Shown: positions 58,035 through 64,000 of the stretch, one piece after another
Position numbering within the stretch: the first letter of the stretch is position 1
Layout: each line of letters starts with the position of its first letter
Program-made: the position numbers and the translations under genes
NCBI GenBank assembly: GCA_963676635.1
Contig: OY781105.1
Span: 4,173,138-4,237,137, forward strand
DNA length: 64,000 nucleotides
Direction: 5' to 3'
Origin: Bacteroidales bacterium
GTDB taxonomy: Bacteria > Bacteroidota > Bacteroidia > Bacteroidales > F082
The notes under the pieces: generated by a model
Told to the model about the DNA's origin: nothing
What the model saw: the letters and a program-made list of their open reading frames with translations, nothing else
Databases searched by the model: none

Positions 58035-59111
58035 ATGAATGCCAAAGTTAACAAAATTAGTTTTGCCGGAACAAACATTTATATTGGAATAGATGTTCAT
58101 TTAAAGAGTTGGAAAGTAACAATTATGGTTGATAATATTACTTATAAATCATTTTCAATGGATCCTGATGTTCAGATATTAGTTAAACATCTTGAACAAA
58201 ACTTTCCTGAAGGTAATTATTTCTCAGCATACGAGGCAGGGTTTAGCGGATTCCATTTACATAGGGAACTAATTCTCTGTGGTATAAACAATATAGTAGT
58301 AAACCCAGCAGATATTCCAACAACTGATAAAGAAAACAGACAAAAGGAAGATAAACGAGACAGTAGAAAGATAGCTCGCTCATTACGAAATGGAGAACTC
58401 ATAGGTATCTATATTCCTGATCGTGAAATCGAAGAGTTGCGAGGATTGGTCAGATATAGAAAACGATTAGTTGAGGACATATCCAGACAAAAAATTAGAA
58501 TAAAATCTTTTTTACGTTATCATGGTATTAAGATACCCAACGAGCATAGGTCAGGATCACAGCACTGGTCGGCTAGATTTACAAATTGGTTGAATAACAT
58601 AGAAATGAGTACTGCTTATGGTTCTGAAGTTATTTCATATTCTGTTAAAACTGTAAGTTTTTTACGCAAACAGTTATTGGATGTAAACAAGTTGTTGAAA
58701 GAGGTAGCACAACAAGAACCCTATGCAAATCAGATGTCTCTTCTGCGAAGTATACCAGGAGTAGGTCTTGTAGTTGCATTTACACTTTTAACAGAAATTG
58801 TAGATATAAACAGGTTTAAAAATCTTGATAGATTATGTTCTTTTGTGGGATTAATTCCAACAACAAACTCAAGTGGAGAAAGAGAAAAAACTGGCAACAT
58901 AACATACAGAAGCAACCAATCATTACGAGGAGTTTTGTTTGAAAGCGCATGGATAGCAATTAGGTATGATCCTGTATTGGCAAGTACATACCATAAGTTG
59001 TGTAAGAGAATGAACGGTAACAAAGCCATAGTAAAAATAACAAAGAAACTGCTTAGTAGAATACGATTCGTTTTAAAGAATCAACAAGAATATAAAGTGC
59101 TTATGAATTAA
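58035..59111 (+). CDS. IS110-family transposase (DEDD RuvC-like N-terminal domain plus Transposase_20 C-terminal domain)
   Basis: 358 aa with YIGIDVHLKSW..., ...SAYEAGFSGF..., and LRSIPGVGLVVAFTLLTEI..F.....LCSFVGLIPT..SSGE, typical of the IS110 family. Confidence 0.9.
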   Translation: MNAKVNKISFAGTNIYIGIDVHLKSWKVTIMVDNITYKSFSMDPDVQILVKHLEQNFPEGNYFSAYEAGFSGFHLHRELILCGINNIVVNPADIPTTDKENRQKEDKRDSRKIARSLRNGELIGIYIPDREIEELRGLVRYRKRLVEDISRQKIRIKSFLRYHGIKIPNEHRSGSQHWSARFTNWLNNIEMSTAYGSEVISYSVKTVSFLRKQLLDVNKLLKEVAQQEPYANQMSLLRSIPGVGLVVAFTLLTEIVDINRFKNLDRLCSFVGLIPTTNSSGEREKTGNITYRSNQSLRGVLFESAWIAIRYDPVLASTYHKLCKRMNGNKAIVKITKKLLSRIRFVLKNQQEYKVLMN

Positions 59112-59288
59112 TAAAAATCATCAATAATGACTTATCAGTTAAAAGACAGTTACCCAAACCTTGCGATATCAATTGATATTCGTTTCCTTTAGGCTGCTGC
59201 TTTTATCAATAAATCTCTAAACAAGGCAATGCGGTGCTATTTATCAAGAAAGTATCCGTTTATAGAAGTGTGTTTTTATTGATGTTGG

Positions 59289-60383
59289 TTACTGATAAAA
59301 AAGAAAATTATGTGAAAAAAATGTGTGAAAGTTTGGAATACAACATAGAAGGTCTTGGGCTATTTGATTTACAATTTCATTGGCTTTGAGATTTCTTATC
59401 CATTGTTCTGGAATTTTGTCAATACCGTTAATCAGTCCAAGGATATTGCCAGTTATTGAACCTGTGCTATCACTGTCTCCGCTGTGATTCACTGAAAAAC
59501 GGATTCCATTTTTAAAATCTCTTTCAAAAATCAGACTTGCGTACAATGAAATTGACAAAGCTTCTTCTGCAATCCATCCTTGACCTAATTCTTCAATTGT
59601 TTCGGCACTTATTTTATCGCTTTGTGATTTAGTTTTTTCGAATAAAATAATTGCCGCGTTTACTGCATTTTTAGTTTCTGAATTATTGTCCCAATTTTCG
59701 AGAATTTGGATTGCATTGTCAATTGATTTACGGAGTTCAATGCCAATTGCTAAATCAGAAATTATTGAAGCAAAGAAACCTGCACTTAAATATCCCGTTG
59801 GATGTCCATGCGTAATTGCGGAAAGTTCACAGGCAACTTTAAAAGCATTTTCATTTTCTCCCTCGAACATTAATCCGACCGGAGCAATTCTCATAATAGT
59901 TCCACAACCTTTGCTATCGTTTATTGGATTTTCAATTGTTCCGGCAATGCCACTACTCAAAGCAGAAATACAGGTATTCCCAGGAGCACGTCTGTTATAC
60001 AATACTTTCTCTTTTATAAGCCATCCTTTCTCCACGTCGTATTTTCCATCCTTAATGTTGTCAATGTTTACACCAATATTTTGAGTATGCAACCAACGTA
60101 AATAAGAATGATGGGCAATTGCATTCAGTGCACCTCCAATTCCTTTCAGCATTGCCCGATGATAAGCACGTAGCAGGGCTTCCGCGGTAAATAGTGTCAT
60201 TTGGGTGTCATCTGTAAATTCTCCGGTATTGTTCTCAAATTCTACAAAGTCTAATATTCCATTTTTTCCAAATTTTGCTTTTATTTGAGATAGACTGAGA
60301 AATTCAATTGGTGCGCCTAAAGCATCTCCAACAGCACCACCAATTAAACAACCGATGTAGTGCGAAAAATCTATTTTTTCCAT
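59289..60383 (-). CDS. ADP-ribosylglycohydrolase family protein
   Basis: 364 aa with the binuclear-metal ARH fold motifs GGAVGDALGAPIEF, ...TDDTQMTLF... and ...GDSDSTGSITGNILG. The last ~20 aa look atypical, so the 3' end is possibly remodelled next to the IS110. Confidence 0.8.
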   Translation of the reverse strand: MEKIDFSHYIGCLIGGAVGDALGAPIEFLSLSQIKAKFGKNGILDFVEFENNTGEFTDDTQMTLFTAEALLRAYHRAMLKGIGGALNAIAHHSYLRWLHTQNIGVNIDNIKDGKYDVEKGWLIKEKVLYNRRAPGNTCISALSSGIAGTIENPINDSKGCGTIMRIAPVGLMFEGENENAFKVACELSAITHGHPTGYLSAGFFASIISDLAIGIELRKSIDNAIQILENWDNNSETKNAVNAAIILFEKTKSQSDKISAETIEELGQGWIAEEALSISLYASLIFERDFKNGIRFSVNHSGDSDSTGSITGNILGLINGIDKIPEQWIRNLKANEIVNQIAQDLLCCIPNFHTFFSHNFLFYQ

Positions 60384-60433
60384 GCCTATTGTTTTAATTC
60401 AATTAATTCATCTTTTCGTTCAAGGATTGCGGC

Positions 60434-60616
60434 TTATGTTATTGAAACAATCTCCTCTATTTCAGGCCAGAATTTATTTATTGCATGATAAATTTCGTTA
60501 TCATCTTTTTCATTCATTTCTTCCAAGTCAAACTTCCATTTTCGGTGAAAATGAACTAACCATTTATTACCAGATGGTGTTTTGCTTTTTGGAAGCGAAA
60601 TCAAGCTTTTATTCAA
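60434..60616 (-). CDS. Small hypothetical ORF upstream of the ARH gene (no ATG start; possibly 5'-truncated)
   Basis: 60-aa frame starting at TTG. The frame stays open upstream to a stop at 60692-60694 without any ATG. It lies 50 bp upstream of the ARH start on the same strand. Confidence 0.25.
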   Translation of the reverse strand: MNKSLISLPKSKTPSGNKWLVHFHRKWKFDLEEMNEKDDNEIYHAINKFWPEIEEIVSIT

Positions 60617-60729
60617 TATTTGTTTTACAATATTATCATTCTCTGTCTGACTACCTTCTGCAATTACAGTCTTAAAATTAATAAATTTTGTCTAATCTTA
60701 GACTGTCTTATTTTTTGGGGATACTACAG

Positions 60730-60890
60730 GTGTAGATTGATTGCGAAAGATTGAATGTAAGGTACGAGAGCTAAAATGAGATAAACCCACTGAGCGTAGT
60801 TTGCAACTACGCTCGCCTATCAAAAAAACAATAATAACAGTTACTATGCAGAACTATATTTACAATATCTGGGTATAGTTGCAATCTGCA
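60730..60890 (+). repeat. Structured hairpin element, copy 5 (lacks the inner palindrome)
   Basis: The left arm is nearly identical to copy 3. A perfect 22-nt palindrome, gagcgtagttgcaactacgctc, lies at 60793-60814. The tail is gcctatcaaaaaaacaataataacagttactatgcagaac...tagttgcaatctgca. Confidence 0.8.
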
Positions 60891-60967
60891 CTCACTTCTG
60901 TTTCACTTCATCCACAGCTCCGCCCCCTCAGTCACACGCAACTTGTACAACATCCTGCTACACAACC

Positions 60968-61090
60968 CTATACCAAAACTAAAAAAAGCAATAAATTACC
61001 TCAATTACTACTCAAAATATGTGTAATAGTATCTTAGCAAGTCCAGTTTTTTTAGTTTCAATAATTAACAAGCCTCAAATATATAAAAAA
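60968..61090. repeat. Right copy of the ~120-bp inverted repeat pair (partner at 6117-6235)
   Basis: The reverse complement reads tttgaggcttgttaattattgaaactaaaaaaactggacttgctaagatact...gttttggtat. Confidence 0.6.
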
Positions 61091-61100
61091 AATTTATATG

Positions 61101-61313
61101 AATGGTGAATGGAGGGACAAGGGAACCGCCTGAGGCGGTCAGGCAGGGACAAAGGGACAAGGTGACAAAGAGACAAGGTGACAAAGGGAACCGCCTGAGG
61201 CGGTCAGGCAGTGACAAGGTGAAAAATATGCGCAGCTCACCATCCGCCGGTGGGCGGACACGGCTCACTATTCATCCGACTGAGTCGGACACGGCCACCA
61301 TTCACCACTCACC
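61101..61313. repeat. Modular repeat block D (GTGACAAGG-type words plus four small palindromes)
   Basis: ccgcc-tga-ggcgg twice (61126, 61191), tccgcc-ggtg-ggcgga (61243-61258) and tccgac-tga-gtcgga (61275-61289). It is inverted relative to block E. Confidence 0.75.
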
Positions 61314-61427
61314 ACACAACATGGCAGGGGAGAGGGATGGAGTTTGTGTTGGTGGTGACTTGATTTATATTCGTCAGAGGTGTTAAACCAAAAATGCTGT
61401 ACTTAATACGTCAAAGATGCAATCTGA

Positions 61428-61575
61428 GATGCTATGCATTCGTGACCCCCTTAATAGTAAACAAGATGTGAGTCAAATGCTATGCATTCGCAAGCTCCTA
61501 AAATAATAGACAAGATGTGAGTCAAATGCTGTGCATTCGCGAACTCCTAAATAATAGACAAGATGTGAGTCAATC
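61428..61575 (+). repeat. 48-49-bp tandem repeat, about 3 copies
   Basis: The unit gatgtgagtcaaatgct(a/g)tgcattcgc.a.ctcctaaa(a)taatagacaa starts at 61465, 61514 and 61562, with a diverged leading unit from ~61428. Confidence 0.8.
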
Positions 61576-61589
61576 CAATTTACAGCAAA

Positions 61590-61880
61590 TTTATCTATGC
61601 TTTCAGGCATGATAAATTGATACTCAATGCGTCAGTGATACATTTTGAAATGCTTTTCAGTCACAATTTCAAAAAAATATAAAGTTTGTAATTCAAGTCG
61701 ATTTATAGACATGAAATCTATGCTTTCAGGCATAGATAAGTTGTATACTTAATACGTCAAAGGTACCATCTAAGATGCTGTAATTGTGCACAAATATTAT
61801 TGTGAGTCCAACGCTATGCATAGTCAAATAATCTCTGCTTTCAGGCATAGCTAAACTTTTTTTTCAATACGTCAAAGAAC
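61590..61880 (+). repeat. Degenerate ~120-bp units, each with a ctatgc-tttcag-gcatag hairpin followed by an AATRCGTCA box
   Basis: Hairpins lie at 61595-61611, 61716-61737 (8-bp stem) and 61833-61850. Boxes lie at 61401-61416, 61622-61637, 61746-61763 and 61865-61877. Confidence 0.65.
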
Positions 61881-62370
61881 AATTTTAAATCCTTTGGATT
61901 TGCGAACTTCTCCCGCTACTACAGCCTCCATTCTAATACAAATCCATACAAACAAGACTTAAAGTACGATTTAATCATCCAGGAGCGTTAAGTGTGCTCG
62001 TCTATGCCACAGGACTCATAATCCCTCAGGTAGCAAGGCATAGTAAATAAACAGCGAATTCTCTTTCTTAAGCATCTTGTAATCTCTTTTCTAATGTTCA
62101 ATGGATTAATGACCAATCCCTCAGGATCTTCTGCGGGAGACAAGGGCATAATCAATGCATGCCCACTCTCAGACAAGGAACTTACAGCAGATTTCAAGAT
62201 GTTTGTTAAAGTTTTAGCAACTAATGAGCCGGCAGTAAATATTGTGATTAACAAAAAAAGTACTGGTTGCATAATTGCGTATTGTTCGTTTGTCATAATA
62301 GGTTAATGCTTAGATTATGACGTAAAGATACGTAATTTTTTGATTGATTATACATAATATTAAGGGAATG

Positions 62371-62400
62371 TCTGCTATTGTCTGCTATTGTCTGTTATTG
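62371..62400 (+). repeat. 10-bp tandem repeat (tctgctattg x 3, third copy with 1 substitution)
   Basis: Read directly; the period equals one helical turn. Confidence 0.85.
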
Positions 62401-62723
62401 TCCACCATATTCTAAATTATTCTGATAAAGCAAGTATTAATGTAGGGTTATACCTTTTTGCTCAAATAATACGCTAAACAAGGAGATTTTTGGGAAATAA
62501 TTTGGAAATGCGACTTCCTTTCTGACGATAAAAGAGAAGAAATACCTATTATTGAAATTAATTATGCGAAAACCCGAAAATAAACTGGGCGAGCGGGTTT
62601 TTAGTAATATTAAAAGAATCCACTGAATTACTGTATGCACAATATCAAACACATACGGGCTTTATTCCATTATAAACACACTCAAAAAACGCCATAATTA
62701 CTCTAAAAACCAGCCTAGTTCAA

Positions 62724-63152
62724 ACTACACTAAAACTACACTAAAACTACACTAACTACACTAAATCGGATTGAAGCTGTGATATATGTCACATTCAATG
62801 TTGAGGAAGCGCATTTTTTTTCAAAAAAGTGTTTATAATTACATAATGCAGTAAAAAACACTGAAAATTTGATTGTTATATTATCCTATGAATATGTATA
62901 TCAGATATATACAAGGTGTATTTTATATTTTTATAAACAATATCAGCTAAAAATTCATAAAAATTTAGTGTAGTTTGGTCTAATTTAGTGTAGTTTTAGT
63001 GTAGTTTGAAAAGGCCAAACTACACTGGGTTTGTCGCTGATAAACAAATCATTACAAAGTTTAGTGTAGTTAGTGTAGTTTTTTTTCTAAAAGTATTTTT
63101 GAAAAAAGTAAATATATAAATAACATAGTGCAACCTACACTAACTACACTAA
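62724..63152. repeat. Iteron-like array: 12 copies of (A)CTACACTAA in opposed clusters around a ~200-bp AT-rich spacer
   Basis: Direct copies lie at 62724, 62735, 62746 and 62755. Inverted copies lie at 62965, 62985 and 62996, with a partial direct copy at 63019. Two more inverted copies lie at 63061 and 63070, and two more direct copies at 63135 and 63144. Confidence 0.85.
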
Positions 63153-63249
63153 ACTATTTTTGGATTGTTAAAATAATGATTTATGTTAAAGTTAATGTTC
63201 AAAGTTTAAATTTGGGAATTAAGGAAAACCAGGTATTTTTCATTTTTTT

Positions 63250-63452
63250 GGTGAATAGTGAACTGTGTCCGCCTACCGGCGGATGGTGAGTGGTGAATGG
63301 TGAATAGTGAATAGTGAGCTGTGTCCGCCTACCGGCGGATGGTAAGCAGAGCGCTTTTCTCACTTTGTCCCTTCGTTCCCTTCAGTCCCTAGAGTCTCTT
63401 CAGTCATTTTTCATTATTCATTTTTCATTATTCTTTTCTTACCCCTTGTCCC
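63250..63452. repeat. Modular repeat block E (GGTGAAT words, two tccgcc-tacc-ggcgga palindromes, TTCATTA words, CCTTGTCC)
   Basis: Palindromes at 63268-63283 and 63324-63339. Module order parallels block B (25782-25954) and the reverse complement of block D. Confidence 0.75.
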
Positions 63453-63858
63453 TAATCACAAGCTCATGGAGCAATCATTGGAAGCGCTTTGGTTAGTCGT
63501 TTTATGCTCATCCGTACCCCAATTCATGAGCACGCACGACTTGTCCGATGAGCTTGTATTTTTAGTCGATAAGCTTGTTTTTTGAGAAATTGTATTTTCT
63601 TAAAAAAATATCATCATCATAAAAGGAAATTGTAAAAACAGTACCATTACTTTGGAACTTTTTCGTATATTTACAGCTTAAAATCCAGGAAGATTAACCA
63701 TAAACTCACTAAGTTTTTGTTAAGTCCGGACAAGCTTTTTAGTAGCAGAAAACAGATTCTGATAGCAGCATAACTCTTAGGTATGCTACTTTTTAGTACT
63801 TATGCTAAAGGCAGTCCGATTATTCCGGAAGCTAAAATATTGACTATAATTATTACAA

Positions 63859-64000
63859 ATGAATGAATACAGGTGGTCTGCATTGGCAGACCGGATCATA
63901 AACAGGTTACATAAGCACATTTTTGTGGCATATGCTGTGTTATGTTTTCCGGGGATAGCTTATAAGTGTTTCCTGGTGCAGAGACTATATTCAGCTTCTA
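63859..64000 (+). CDS. Possible 5' end of a CDS running off the window
   Basis: An ATG at 63859 is followed by 47 open codons (MNEYRWSALADRIINRLHKHIFVAYAVLCFPGIAYKCFLVQRLYSAS) to the window edge. No function is assignable. Confidence 0.25.
   Translation, partial: MNEYRWSALADRIINRLHKHIFVAYAVLCFPGIAYKCFLVQRLYSAS

Larger units (their letters stand above)
57620..59288 (+). mobile_element. IS110-family insertion sequence (boundaries approximate, not resolved)
   Basis: It contains the DEDD transposase gene preceded by a ~400-bp structured non-coding leader. No terminal inverted repeats are expected for this family, and the ends could not be defined from one copy. Confidence 0.6.

Noticed and set aside
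60382-60675. 97-aa plus-strand ORF opposite the small ORF upstream of the ARH gene.
   Set aside because: Leu- and Phe-rich shadow ORF with no ribosome-binding or promoter context and no motif.
44103-60890. Interpretation of the hairpin elements as classical integron attC sites.
   Set aside because: There is no intI gene, attI site or Pc promoter in the window, and I could not find the R''/R' core pattern (RYYYAAC...GTTRRRY). Only the looser cassette-boundary analogy is kept, as a hypothesis.
61401-61880. Possible CRISPR array (regularly spaced hairpin-containing repeats); the 101-bp tandem repeat at 25955-26320 was also considered.
   Set aside because: The repeats are degenerate, the inter-repeat segments are themselves repeated rather than unique spacers, the periods (48, ~120 and 101 bp) do not fit, and there are no cas genes in the window.
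62397-62406. Chromosomal oriC with DnaA boxes as an explanation for the iteron-like region.
   Set aside because: Only a single weak DnaA-box-like word (ttgtccacc) was seen. There is no cluster of TTATCCACA-type boxes and no dnaA or dnaN nearby in the window.
61988-62652. ORFs 61988-62296 (minus strand, 102 aa, with one hydrophobic segment) and 62437-62652 (minus strand, 71 aa) in the repeat-rich region.
   Set aside because: No recognisable domain, and they are surrounded by repeats. They cannot be excluded as real small genes but are too weak to annotate.

Overview
AT-rich Bacteroidota-type chromosomal fragment, assigned from its many type IX secretion (T9SS) C-terminal sorting domains, PorP/SprF genes and TAnnTTTG-type promoter boxes. 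All calls rest on reading the sequence and ORF translations; no database search, folding or alignment software was run. Layout: (1) 0-6 kb holds housekeeping or regulatory genes: a UDG-fold protein and an orphan propeller-type sensor histidine kinase, followed by overlapping formyltransferase-fold and HDAC-fold genes. (2) 6.4-8.6 kb holds a Fic protein and a ParDE toxin-antitoxin pair. (3) 8.6-51 kb is dominated by six predicted T9SS cargo proteins. These are an S8 peptidase, two tandemly duplicated giant PKD-repeat adhesins (3874 and 3359 aa) each followed by its own PorP/SprF gene, an Asp-box propeller protein, a beta-helix protein and a 1379-aa protein. An IS3 element sits between the two adhesin modules. 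(4) 51-60.9 kb is a decayed accessory or defence-type island. It carries HipBA, a truncated frameshifted hsdM, a tandemly duplicated GxxExxY gene, a DUF1016/YhcG-like pseudogene, an IS110 element and an ADP-ribosylglycohydrolase. (5) 60.9-63.9 kb is a nearly ORF-free, repeat-saturated region with iteron-like arrays. The most unusual content is non-coding. One family is a co-oriented, structured hairpin element (5 copies plus 1 degenerate) that punctuates the gene blocks of the island. A second is a small palindrome, TCCGCC-N3-5-GGCGGA, found in several sequence contexts, including nested in the loop of the larger hairpin, with one compensatory double substitution. A third is a set of modular short-word repeat arrays, including a 9-copy octamer and a 3.6-copy 101-bp tandem repeat. 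A fourth is an inverted-repeat-bounded 1.9-kb segment with 12 copies of a CTACACTAA box. No rRNA, tRNA, CRISPR array, cas gene or reverse transcriptase was recognised.
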